Shown here in pieces: positions 40,666-55,456 of a stretch of DNA of 64,000 nt. Source of the DNA: the human T2T-CHM13v2.0 reference genome, Homo sapiens; assembly GCF_009914755.1 (NCBI RefSeq), contig NC_060942.1; one strand, written 5' to 3'. The notes under the pieces are model-generated. The model had not been told where the DNA came from. It worked only from the letters and a program-made list of their open reading frames with translations, and searched no databases. The translations under genes were made by a program, and so were the position numbers. Numbering within the stretch: the first letter of the stretch is position 1; the number at the start of each line of letters is the position of its first letter.

Positions 40666-42204
40666 CATGGAGTTAAACAATCTGCTCCTGAATGATTTCT
40701 GAGTTAACAATAAAATCAAGATGGAAATTTAAAAATTCTTTGAAATGAATAATAGTGACACAAGTTATCAAAACTTCTGGGATACAGTGAAAGCAATGCT
40801 AAGGGTAAAGTTTACAATGCTAATTGCCAATCAAAAAGTCTGAAAGTTCACAAATTAACAACTTATTGTCACACTTCAGGGAACTAGAGAACAAGAGCAA
40901 ACTAAACTCAAAGCTAGCAGAAGAAAAGAAATAACAAGGATCAGAACAGAATGAAGTGAAATTGAAAAACAAAGATACAAAAGATCAGTGAAACAAAAAC
41001 CTGGTTCTTTGAAAAGATAAACAAAATTGATATACCATTATTAGCTATATTAACCAAGAAAAGAAGAGACAACATTCAAATAAGCTGAATTAGAAATGAA
41101 AGTGGAGACATTACAACCAACACCACAGAAATACAAAAAATCCTTCGAGACTGCTATGCACACCTCTATGCACACAAACTAGAAAATCTAGAGGAAATGG
41201 ATAAATTCTTGAAACATACGACCTTCCTAGATTAAATCAGGAAGAAACAGAAACCATGAACAGACCAATAACAAGCAGTGAGACTGAATCAGTAATTTAA
41301 AAATCACCAGCACCAACAACAAAACCTAGGGCCAGACGTATTCACAGCTGAATTCTACCAGACATTCAAAGAACAACTGGTCCCAATCCTACTGAAACTA
41401 TTCCAAAAGATTGAGAAAAAGGGAATCCTCCCTAATTCATTTGATGAAACCAGTACCACCCTGATACCACAACCAGGAAAGGACATAACAAAAAAAAACA
41501 AAAGTCTACAGACAAATATCCCTGATGAACACAGATGCAAAAATCTTCAACAAAATACTAGCTAATTGAATCCAACAGCACATCAAAAGATAATACACCA
41601 TGATCAAGTGGGTTTCATCCCAGGGATGCAAGAATATTTTAACATACATAAGTCAAGAAATGTGACACATCACACAAACAGAATTAAAAACAAAAACCAT
41701 ATGATCATCTCAATAGATACAGAAAAAGCATTTTATAAAATCCAGCATCCTTTATGATAAAAACCCTCAACAAACTAGGCATAGAAGAGATTTACTTAAA
41801 AACAATAAAAGCCATATATGGAAAACCCACAGGCAATATCACACTGAATAGAGAAAAGTTGAAAGCATTCCCCATGAGACCAGAACAAGACAAGGATGAC
41901 CACTTTCACCATTTCTATTCAACATAGTGATAGTAACACTAGTCATAGCAATCAGACAAGAGAAAGAAATAAAGGGGATCCAGATTGGAAAAGAGGGAGT
42001 CAAACTAACACTGTTCACCTATGATATGATCATATGCCTAGAAAACCCTAAAGATTCCTCCAAAGGCTCCTAGATTTGATAAGCAAATTTGGTAAAGTCT
42101 CAGGTTACAAAATCAACGTACACAGATTAATAGCACCACTAAATACCAACAATGACCAAGCCGAGACTCAAATCAAGAACGCAATCCCTTTACAACATCT
42201 GCAA

Positions 42205-42244
42205 ACAACAACAACAACTACTACTACTACTACTACTACTACTA
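42205..42244. repeat. (ACA)n(ACT)n trinucleotide microsatellite inside L1PB
   Basis: ACAACAACAACAACTACTACTACT...; source of the poly-Thr/poly-Val ORF artefacts. Confidence 0.92.
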
Positions 42245-42730
42245 GGACTATACTTAACCAAGCAGGTGAAAGATCTCTACAAGGATAACTGCAAAACACT
42301 GCTGAAATAAATAACAGATGACACAACAAATGGAAACACATCACATGCTCATGGATGGGAAGAATCAATATTGTGAAAATAACCATACTGCCCAAAGTAC
42401 AAATTCAGTGCAATTCCTATCAGAACACCAATATCATTTTTAATAGAATTAGAACAATCCTAAAATTCATATGGCATGTGGAACCAAAAAGGAGCCCAAA
42501 TAGCCAAAACAACCCTAAGCATAAAGAATAAATCTGGAGGCATCACATTACCAGACTTCAAATTATACTATAAGTCTACAGTTACCAAAACAGCATGGTA
42601 CTGGTATAAAAGTAGGCACACAAACCAATGGAACATAATAGAGAGCCCAGAAATAAAGCCAAATACTTACAACAAAAGCATACAGCAACATAAATTGGAG
42701 AAAGGACACCCTATTAATAAATGGTGCTGG

Positions 42731-43085
<355 letters not shown>

Positions 43086-44019
43086 TCACCCTATACAAAA
43101 ATCAACTCAAGATGTATCAAAGACTTAAGACCTGAAACCAAAAAATTCTAGAAGATAACCTTGGAAAAACTCTTCCAAACATCAGCCTAGGCAAAGAATT
43201 TATTACTAAGACTTCAGAAGCAAATGCAACAAGAACAAAACTAAATAAATGGAACCTAATTAAACTAGGTGAAGTAACTCAGGAATGGGAAACCAAATTC
43301 CATATCTTCTCATTTATAAGTGTGAGCTCAGCTATGAGGACACAAAGACATATAGAGTGGTATCAAGAACTTTGGAGACTCAGAAGTGGGGAGAGTAGGA
43401 AGGAAATGAGAGACAAAAAAAACTACATATCAGATACAATGTATACTATTTGGCTTATGGGTACATTAAACCTCAGAATTCACCACTATACAATTCAACC
43501 ATGTAACCAAAAACCACTTGTAACCCAAAAGTGATTGAAATAAAAAAAAAAATTTTAACTATAAAGATAATAAACCCCCTATAGAGCCTACAGACATCAT
43601 ATTTAATTTATGCGAATTCAACGGGCCAAATGTAATCACACATTATATGAATCACAAATATTTGCTTTTTTAGATATGCAACTAATTTCTCTGTGCACTA
43701 TCTCACGTTAGCTTTCTGTGATGCTCCTAGGACAGAAACTTAGCCCCAAACCGGAATTCAGCGGAAGTAAAGGATAAGCCTGGTTCACCTGACTCCTGCT
43801 GAGTCCAGGCTCCTGGATTGTGTTCTATGCCACCTAATTCTCACAGGGAGCATGAGTGGTGACACAGGGAGAGGATCAGGAATAAGCTTGAAATGAAAGC
43901 CCACAATGCTCCAACAACTAATGCTAATGCTAGAAGCTAACATTTATTGAGTACCAACCGCATGCAGACCTGTTCTAAGCACTTTCCACAGGCTAACTCA
44001 CATTGTTCTCCACCCAAGA

Positions 44020-45130
<1,111 letters not shown>

Positions 45131-45519
45131 AGAAACTAGGCATTATACACCAAATACTGTATGATTTAATTGGAAATAATGCCACTATAAATAAATTTTA
45201 TAAATCTAATAAAAGCAAAAATCAACCCCTAAAAAAGAGAGATCCCACCTCACCACCAAGAATAAACTGTCCTCAATTCTCCCATACAAGACTATTTTTA
45301 ACTTTCTTCAGCACACATCCATGGGACTATATGAGATAGAGGGAAAAGATCATTTGCTTGCAGTTTGCAAATGTAATCTCATGAAAATAAATTTATCCTC
45401 CCTTCAATACACAAAAGAATATAGATCTTTCTTTAGAAATTTAATGATTCTCAATACCTTGACATACATGTAGATGTCTTTCCCCAATATCTTGTTCCGT
45501 TACTTCATAAAATATTATG

Positions 45520-45695
45520 AGGCTGAGTGCAGTGGCTCACGCCTGTAATCCCAACACTTTTAGAGGCAGGAGGATCACTTGAGGCCAGGAAGTTAGGCTG
45601 CATTGAGCCATAATGGCACCACTGCACATGAGCCTGGGCAACAAAGTGAGCAAAGTGAGACCCTGTCTCAAAATATTTTATTTATATATATATAT
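45520..45695 (+). mobile_element. Monomeric Alu (FAM-like, or left/right arm recombinant)
   Basis: Left-arm 5' start joined to the right-arm GGCTGCATTGAGCC...CCACTGCAC segment; internal CAAAGTGAG duplication. Confidence 0.85.
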
Positions 45696-47239
45696 GAGAC
45701 TATTACATCCAGGACCACCTTCAATATGGGCAAATGATCATTATCCATGAACTCACAGCCTCATTTCTCCCATCACACAGCAGCAGGTCAGCTGCCCATC
45801 TGTCCTACCCCTATCCATCCCATTCTGCTTTCCTTTCTACCTGCTTCACGAAATGTTCTGGCTTCTCCTGGCAAAAGTGGCCAAAATAATTGCCCCCTTT
45901 TACTGACATATAAAGGGGGGGAACAAGAGGAAGGGAAACTTTCTCTTTTATTTTAAAAGTGTATTACTAAGTAAAATGATGTGTCTGACACAAAATGTGT
46001 GCCTAAATACCCAACTTACTGTTCTCGGTCCTAAAAAATAGGCACTGCCATATGATGTATTAATTTTAATCATGGTCTCAGATAATATGATTAGTAGCAG
46101 CAGAATTTGAAAAGTTGAGGTAACTTTCACTTTGGGAGGAGTAAATTCACAATTAAACACTGCAAAAATGGAGATGCAGCTAGCATTTTTGCTCCACAAC
46201 AGCTAAATACATTACCATATTACATGGGTGTTCTACACTCGGTTTTGTTTTGATCATTTTATAATTTAACTCCCATGGATATTATCTACAATAAAGATGC
46301 GGAAAAGAACAAAATGTCGTAAAATGATTCTTTCCCAATGTCTTAAAATAAGTACTGAGCAAGACCAAGACGTCAACCGAAGCACTTCTAACTACTAAAA
46401 CTGTCATATTCACAATGCATCTTAATCTGTGTTTTCTTCCATCCAGGGTTAAAAAAAATCTAATCCATATGAATTAAGAAATAAAATGTTTGCATGGCCA
46501 GTATAGGTGAGAAAAAAAATAAGAAAGAAAATGCTATTTTAATCTTATTATAGGAAATGAAGCTAGCCACATTCTGAAACTGAATTTTCTGTATTTAAGC
46601 ATTCAGTCATGAGAAACATCTCCCAAATAAAGATTCAAACAGGGCTCTTCTTATAAAGATTAAATCATTCTTTTAATATCATTCAAACAATGCACAAACA
46701 GTAATTGTACAGCCCATGGGTAATCCAAAGCTCCTAGGAACCCCCGTCATGTAGACTAGTCTGACTTCTTGACTACACAGTGTTAGACTGACCATGCAGG
46801 ACCTTGGGATCCCAGTGGAAGGTGCCCCTGGCAGGGATGGCACAGCCCCTTCTGCAGCCCAGACACCCGGAGCCTCATCTGCTACCACCCACCAGGTTGG
46901 AAAGTGTTTGGCCTGTGCTTGGCACCTCTTGAACCACCCAGAATAGTCCAAATTGTTCTCTCTACAAATAAGGTTCAAGAGGGTATGGATTTTGTGTGCA
47001 GGCTCCAGCAGCTAGTAAGGAAGCACCATGTGTGACCATGTGGAAACCACCCCTGTGACTTAGACAGGCAAAGGCATCAGTGGCATTGTTCTTCCTAAGA
47101 AAAGAATGTACCTCTCAGTATGTGTTTATTTATTCTTCTGGGGAATAAGCACATGTTACTAACTATATCACCCATTGGGGCAATATTGCCATCCATAAAA
47201 GTGTTTCTAACAACTGACAATCACTTTCTGACAGTTACT

Positions 47240-47400
47240 TAACAGTAGCTATCTTCATACTATGTTCTAAATGTTTTATGCTTATAAAGTCATTTGATCT
47301 TCAAAACAACCCTCTTCTACAGGGAACTGAGGCACATTACTAACTAAGTTACTGCCATTCACACACCTACAAAAGGCTAACCAATGAGTTAAAGCCAGGC
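47240..47400 (-). mobile_element. MIR fragment
   Basis: TCATTTGATCTTCAAAACAACCCT...GGAACTGAGGCAC. Confidence 0.65.
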
Positions 47401-48029
47401 AGGACTTTTTTAATGTTTCTTTATTCAGTCAAACAAGTAAACGTTTTAAGTGTAAAAATAGATGTTTAGGAATTCTGAGAAACTAAGCAAAAAATGCTGA
47501 TGAAGCATGAGTAGAGAAGCCAAATATACACACTAAGATGAAATGCAGATGAACTGAGACACCAAAGACAGAGAGGAAAGGAGTGCAGCAAGCGGCCGCA
47601 CTGAGCAGACAGAAGGACCAAAGCACAGAGCGTGCATGTCACATCTTGAGCATGCAAAGCACGAGACCAGGAGACAAGCATTAAAAACAGTAAATGTACT
47701 TCTCTGCAGAGTTCACAGAAAAAAAGTAAATAAGCACATTATCTTATTTAGAAAACGATTAAGAGCTACAAGCAGCCTATACTATGCTGAGTATAACAAT
47801 CTGAGAAAACTAATGTTAACTGTTGTCCTTTTTTGTCTATAGCTATGTGTAATTTGTTTTGTTAATAGTTCTTATTTAAAAAATCAAAGTACCAGGACAA
47901 TCCATAATCCAATCTTTATTTCAAATATCACTGTCCGAAGAGCCCAAATTGAAAAATCTCTATCAAGAAAACAACTGTTCACAGTGTGGTATCGTAAAAA
48001 TCATTATAAAATCTATATCAAAATTTTTC

Positions 48030-48350
48030 AGGCTAGGCACGGTGGCTCATGCCTGTAATCCCAGCATTTTGGGAGGTCGAGGAAGGAGGATCGCTTGAGC
48101 TTAGGAGTTTGAGACCATCCTGAGCAACATAGTGAGACCCGTCTTGACAAAAAAAATAAAAAATAAAAAATTAGCCAGGCATTGTGGTTTGCACCTACAG
48201 CTCTAGCTACTTGAGAGGCTGAGATGGGAGGAACGCTTGAGCCCAGGAAGTCAAGGCTGTAGTGAGCTATGATTGCACCACTGCACTCCAGCCTGGGTGA
48301 CAGAGCAAGACCCTGTCTCAAATAAAAATTTAAAAATAAAAAGATAAAAA
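48030..48350 (+). mobile_element. AluJ
   Basis: Dimer with GGAGGATCGCTTGAGC and GTCAAGGCTGTAGTGAGCTATGAT. Confidence 0.93.
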
Positions 48351-48571
48351 ATTTCTTACATCTGAGAAGTTCCATAGTAACCCCTCCTCTTCACTGTGTC
48401 CATTCACTAAACATTGCCACCTGCCCTTTCTTGGGAAGAAAAATCCATTATTCTGAGATGGTTTCCCTCTTACATTTTTGTTGTTAAGGTTATCTTCTTA
48501 AGGGGAAGTAATAAATGGTGGCTTGTTTGTTTTTTGTCTGCATGTGGAAAATTAAAAGTTGGCAACTCTCT

Positions 48572-48653
48572 CAAGGCTGCAGTGAACTGTGACGGGCACC
48601 ACTGCACTCCAGCCTGGGCGGCAGAGCAAGACCTGACTCCAAAAACAAAAAGA
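48572..48653 (+). mobile_element. Severely 5'-truncated Alu (J-type 3' end)
   Basis: CAAGGCTGCAGTGAAC...CACTGCACTCCAGCCTGGGCG plus A tail; perfect 18-bp TSD AAAAGTTGGCAACTCTCT at 48554-48571 and 48654-48671. Confidence 0.92.
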
Positions 48654-49619
48654 AAAAGTTGGCAACTCTCTATAAGCTCACGTATAGTTTTAACGGTATA
48701 GAAAACAGTCGCAATTGTGGAGGCCTCTACTTCAGATACTGAGTGTTAAGAGGTCAGAGGACAGAAAAGGGAGAAGTGGCTCTGTAATGAATGGCCTGTG
48801 GCAGGTTAAGACAAAAGAATGCTGGACAGCACCCTCATCTGCAGGTGGAGGTGTACTGTTTGCAAGCAGGTGCTGAGTGGAGCATCATCCCATCCTGGGT
48901 TCAAAATGCCAACAGCAAGGACAAGGGCTGCCTGGGATCACGTCAGGCATAGGGCCTCTCTGGGGAGCTGAGCTCATAATCTGTTCTTTGCACATCACAG
49001 AGGCAAAGAAAGGATAAAGGCTCTGAAATAGTCCTTTCCTCTGTCTGACTTCCTCGCCTTCTTGTTTTGGTAAAGCATATGCCAGAAGTCTGAGGCTGGC
49101 AATCCTGGCCTCATTCAGCCTATAGATGTTTTGATTGTGCCTCACACTATTCCAAAACCCAGGAAATTACACACACATTTTTTTAATTGGATTTCAGACT
49201 TCATTGCGGGGGGGCGGGGGCGGGGGAGAAAAAAAAAGAAGACTCAAACTCCCAAAGAGCAGCAGTCCATTGTAGAGGCCCTAAAGACATGCGCCCCAGG
49301 CACCATGAGCCACCACTGCTTCCCATCCTAAGGCCACTTTACCTACTCAGGGGATCTGCCAGACCTGGAAGCCAGCCTCTGAGGACCCCAAGGGAGCACC
49401 CCAGTGTTTGTCCAGCAATCCAAAAACAACCAGCCACTTTCTGCTGGTGGGTTGGAACATATGCTTCAATAACACACCAAACATGTCAAAATACATCACC
49501 TCAAACTGGTTTCCAATGTACTTTTCCTATTTATTTTTAATCTGGCTAGAACTAAATAAGGCCACATGAAACCTCTTTATATTTTAATTACACTTAGCCA
49601 AACCTTTGGAAAGAAAAAG

Positions 49620-49974
<355 letters not shown>

Positions 49975-50880
49975 TTAACTGCATAGTAATTGTCAGCCAT
50001 AACCATTTATTTCCAACTCATTTTAATCTCAATTGACTAGATATAATTTAGCAAAGAATATTCAGCAGTTCCCATCTTCCCAAAAGCTACCAAATGCCAA
50101 GTGTCGGCTATACTTACATCTTAGAAAATAGCAAACTCTCATTATTTTAGGTAATATAGCTAATGGAGAATTAACAGAGCAAATGTTGTTCAGCTAACCT
50201 TAATAAGACCCTTCATGGTCTCTATATGATATAATGAAATATTCAGAATACCAATAATTTTGGCTCCTTCCCAAACCATTTCTTCTATTACAGAAATTCT
50301 GAGTTTTTGATTACCTGAAAAACACAATGGTTTTAGTCAATTACAATTTTCTTAAATAAAAACAAACACAGAAATCTTCAAAACTGATGGCTAGGAGTTA
50401 ACCACCACTAATAACTCTGACCTTGGGAAATCACTGTGTAGCAATATCAGGACATGTTTAAAAAAAAAGAGGAAGAACTGAAATCTACATTAATTTCTAT
50501 AAGTATTAAGTGCTACAGAAATACAAAACAAGCTTTTACAAATACATCTAATATAGTGCTATAAAGAAATGTGGTCGAAAATTTAAAGTTAGGAAGTTCT
50601 GCATCATGACCTTGAGAAGTTGTTTTATGTTAAATGTATCACAAATTACACTATTGAAAAGTTTTGTGAAACTAAAACAATTCAATATGCCAATTTCCTC
50701 CCTTTCCTTTGCATCTGGTTTAAGTCTAAACCCAAATTAGTTGATAAACCATTGAATGCACTTTGCCTGGGTGTTTTCACACTTATCCTGTAGATATAGA
50801 GTGAAATAGACAAAAAAAGTGACAGAAAGTCCAGGGGTTATATTGAAGAAGAGTGACCAAAAATCCATGGGTTAGGTGTG

Positions 50881-51174
<294 letters not shown>

Positions 51175-53414
51175 ACAGGATTTTGTAAACTACTTGGGAG
51201 GCATCCCAAAAGCTCTGCTCATACAGGCAATAATCAAGAAAATGGCTTCATGCTCACTCCCAAAATCAAGCAACTGGGAACTGTAATCTACAGAGAGGTT
51301 CAGAGAGAGACAAGCCACCTGTTACAGACCTCAGGTGCTGACCACGGGCAGAGCAGACAGCAACTGACGCAAAACCTAACTCGTGTTCTCTTCTTGAGCA
51401 CTGCTGAGTGTCGAAGCTGAGACTCACAAGGTGTCCTCAATGTACACTCCTAGAGCAGGACACTGTCCTAAGCTACCTGATGCTGCCAGCCTACTCACAC
51501 TTCCATCTCCCATCATTAATTAGCAAAAGACTTCATAAAACCACGTGCCCTACCCACCCTTCAAACACAATCTGACATTATATTTGGCTCTAATTATACA
51601 GTGCCAAGCAAGCTGAACTTAAGAGGAATATGCCTTTATACATCTCACGGGCAATAATGACTATTAAATCAATAATAAAATGATCGTATTCGTATGAGGT
51701 TGTGTGGGTATTTAATAACAGCACGTGGCACATACTAATTTTTAGACCTTATAAGCACCGTTTATAGATATCACCAAGTATTAATTTTATATGTAATGCT
51801 GCAGACTCTGAATTTTGACTAGATGTCAAAAACCATTAAAATATTACCTTGTGGAAATCTGAGTCCTTGTTGCTCCTTACAGCATATTCACACTGTAAGA
51901 ATGTACTGGAATCCAATCACACCCTCATCCTCTTCCCAAACCACGAAAAGTGCACAGGGCAAAAAATGCACCGGGCAAGAAGACAGCTTATAGAATGCAA
52001 AGTACAGCTTATAAGAGGTAAAGTTCAAACGAGGAAAAAGCACATGAGGATTAGTGTATTACAGCCAAACTATATATGGGTAAGCCTCACAGCACAACTA
52101 ATTTTCTCTAGGATAATAAGGCACTCACTTTGTAAAGGTGAGAGTCAATAGGAAAAGTGCGCCCTGTGCACACCCACAAGGCGGCTCTAATATTTGAAAA
52201 GCATCCCCACATACTGTGTGGTGACACCTCCAGCATCACCAAGACCAGGCTAACGTGGGCACAAAGGCATTAAGAAATGTACAGGCAAGTGTGCGGTGTG
52301 CAAGGGTGCAGTAGGGCAAGGGTGTAGAAGAGCTCCATAACCAGAACCAGGGGCGCAGCGCCATCAAGGGGCCGCTGTGACCTCAATCCAAACCTCCACA
52401 ATGAGAAGTTGCTGTGGAATCAAGGAAGCGGAGACATAACTTTCAAGCTAGTATTATACTTCTCTAAGCCCATAGCTTCAAGTGGCAGTAAGCCTAGGCA
52501 GGTAAGACATGAATTTCTGTTACTTGTTTTTCTCATAATGATCAATATCTGCATCAGCATAGAGGCATAAAATGTCTAAACAGGACTTTCTTTAAAACAA
52601 AATTCCAGAGTGTATACATTCAGATTATTTTTATCTCTTCAAAATAAGTACCTCGGGGAGCTATATACATTTATTCCACTGATGTTTCACTATTAAAAAT
52701 ATTGTTTAAATTCATTGCACAATCTACATTGCCATCTCTCAAAGACAATGTAGAAATGATTCCTGTATTGGCCAGAAAGTTAAGATAGAAAGTTCCTAAG
52801 TACGCTTACAATTCTAATAAATTATTCTGGCCTTCTAGAAATAATATAAGCATCTATGATTTAATAAAATATAACTCAGTCTTAAATAACAAGTTCAACT
52901 CTTTATACACACACAACCAAATATTATATAACATCCATATAAGTGGTCACTCAATTGCACACCTCTCTCTATTCTACAAAATCTATCTACAAGGCAGCCC
53001 ATTCCAACTTTAGACAACTTACTCACTTTAAGCTAAAAACAAAAAGTTTAACCTCTGGTGCCATACAGAACAAGGTTTGAACATAAAGTACACAAATCAG
53101 AAATTTAATCACTAGTGATTAAATTGACTGTGACTCATTTAGACTAAGTATTGCTTAGTCATTCACCGAAAAATAGAATATCCATTCATATTTTCATTTC
53201 AAGGCGGAAGTTTTAGAAGAATTAAGATGATAACGTTTGAGAGTGTCAGAATTCTTACAGAATAAAAGGTTAGTTTATATAAAATAATATTCTTAAAGGG
53301 AAAGAATAATTGATTATTCTAAACTCTGAGCGAAAGTAATTTGCCCTTCAGCAAACCCTCTGTCTTTCATCACTGCAAATAATCAGTAGAATTTATTTAC
53401 CTTTATTTATCAAA

Positions 53415-54748
53415 CCAGTAGTGCTCAACAGAGGCAGAGGTAGGAAAGAAGGGGGAAGTAGGTTACCCCCAGGGGGATTTTTTAAATATGTGTGGGGTTT
53501 CCTGAGTGGCATTTAAAGGACACAGGGCCAATGCTGCTAGCATTCCCATATGTGGGACAGTTCTTCACAGCAAAATATCATCTTGCCTTTTGCACAGCTG
53601 GAGCAACCCACTTGACATTTATGCGTATGAAAAACCTATTTATGCTTCTCTAAACCTTAAGCCTACTTCCATTTTACATATCATCAGAAAGTATTTTTGC
53701 ATATTTAACTAATTCCTGTCTCTCCCAGGAATGCAACTCTGTGTATATTGAGTAAAGGCTTTACTTTGTTTTGTGCAGAACTTTAGCAAATACTGTTCAC
53801 CATTTCAGAAAATGATATCATGGAACCCAATGCTGTTCAATGACTCTCCCTCCCCGATGTAGTCCACCAATAAAGCATTTTCACTGGTCACCTTCACGGT
53901 GAATCTATTATAACCTATTATATTGGATACAATCTATATATTGGATGCAGGTACAAGCATCAAACTACTTGATTTTATTCTCTAGGTTAGTCATGTCCAG
54001 ACATTTTGAAGTACATATCATTTTACCATAAATTACACATATATTTTTCCATTGTATTATTTATGCACACTATATATTCACTTTTCTGACAGTATGTATA
54101 AGTAAGTTATTTACCTGTCAATTTCATTTCAGGATACTTAGAGAAATGTTACAAATATTTGTTATCAAAACACTAAAACTACCATTTGATCCAGCAATCC
54201 CACTACTGGGTATCTAGCCAAAGGAAAAGAAGTCATTATAAGACAAAGCCACATGCACATGCATGTTTACAGCAGCACAATTCACAACTGCAAAAATATG
54301 GAACCAACCTAAATGCCCATCAGCCAACGAGTGGATAAAGAAAATGTGGCATATATATACCATGGAATACTACTCAGCCATAAAAGAAAATGAAATAATG
54401 GGCTTTGCTGCAACTTGGATGTGGCTGGAGGCCATTATTCTAAGTGAAGTAACTCAGGAATGGAAAACCAAACATCAAATATTCTCACTTCTAACTGAGA
54501 GATGAGCTATGAGGACACAAAGGCATAAGAATGATACAATGGACTTTGGGGACTTGGGGGGAAGGGTGGGAGGAGGGTGGGGGATAAAAGACTACACATT
54601 GGGTACAGTGTACACTGCTCAGGTGATGGGTGCACCAAAACCTCACAAATCACCACTAAAGAACTTACCCATGTGATAAAAACCACCTGTTCCCCCGAAA
54701 AGCTGTTGAAATAATTTTTAAAAGAGTCTGATTAAGTTGGAACCCCTG
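53415..54748 (+). mobile_element. MER20B-like hAT element split by an L1PB insertion
   Basis: CAGTAGTGCTCAAC start; TGTGGGACAGTTCTTCACAGCAAAA and GAAAAACCTATTTAT motifs; terminal AAGTTGGAACCCCTG after the L1. Confidence 0.7.
54172..54715 (+). mobile_element. L1PB1/L1PB2-like 3' fragment
   Basis: ORF 54263-54505 (ORF2 C-terminus EWIKKMWHIYTMEYYSAIK); 3'UTR GAATGATACAATGGACTTTGGGGAC...CACCACTAAAGAACTT. Confidence 0.9.
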
Positions 54749-55139
54749 ATCCACAGAACCTCAGGAACGTCCTTCCACCTTGGTTCTTTCCATATTAGTT
54801 TCAACAAACAAGTGAAAAAAGAGCATAGGGGACAAGTGCACCCCAAGCCATTCACTGACACATTTATTTGTATACCTGGCAGGGGAGGAGGGAAATTCAG
54901 GCTCTGGGAACAAAGATAAAAAGCTCGATTTCTGTTCTGTTCTGCTCAATTTCTTATTTTTAGTCCGAGAAGCTCTTCGTGGCCTGTAGAAAAGTGCCAT
55001 TCTACAGAAGGATATGCTAGTCCTGTGCTTTTATTTAACTATGGGGACCTTCATTACGGAAACCTTGAAGGGAACTGGATAAAAATCAGGAAAATGTCAA
55101 GAAGGTCAGTAAATAATCTCAAAATAATTTATAAGCAAT

Positions 55140-55456
55140 TTCTTTTTCTTCATTTTTGTTTTTCATTTGAGATAGGGTCTCATTCTGTCACCTAGGCTGG
55201 AGTGAAGTGGCTCAAACACAGCTCACTGCTGCCTCGGTCTCCTGGGCTCAAGGGATCCTTCTGCCTTAACCTCCACGTAGCTGGGACCACAGGTACATGC
55301 CATCGTGCCTGGATAATTTTTTTTTTTTTTTTGAAGAGACGAAGTCTCACTATGTTGCCCACGTTGCCAGGCTGGTCTTGAACTCCTGGGCTCAAGCAAT
55401 CCTCCCACCTCAGCCTCCCAAAGTGCTGGGATTACAGGTGGGACCCACCACACCCA
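55140..55456 (-). mobile_element. AluJ
   Basis: Reverse dimer with CTCCTGGGCTCAAGCAATCCTCCCACCTCAGCCTCCCAAAGTGCTGGGATTACAGG. Confidence 0.92.
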
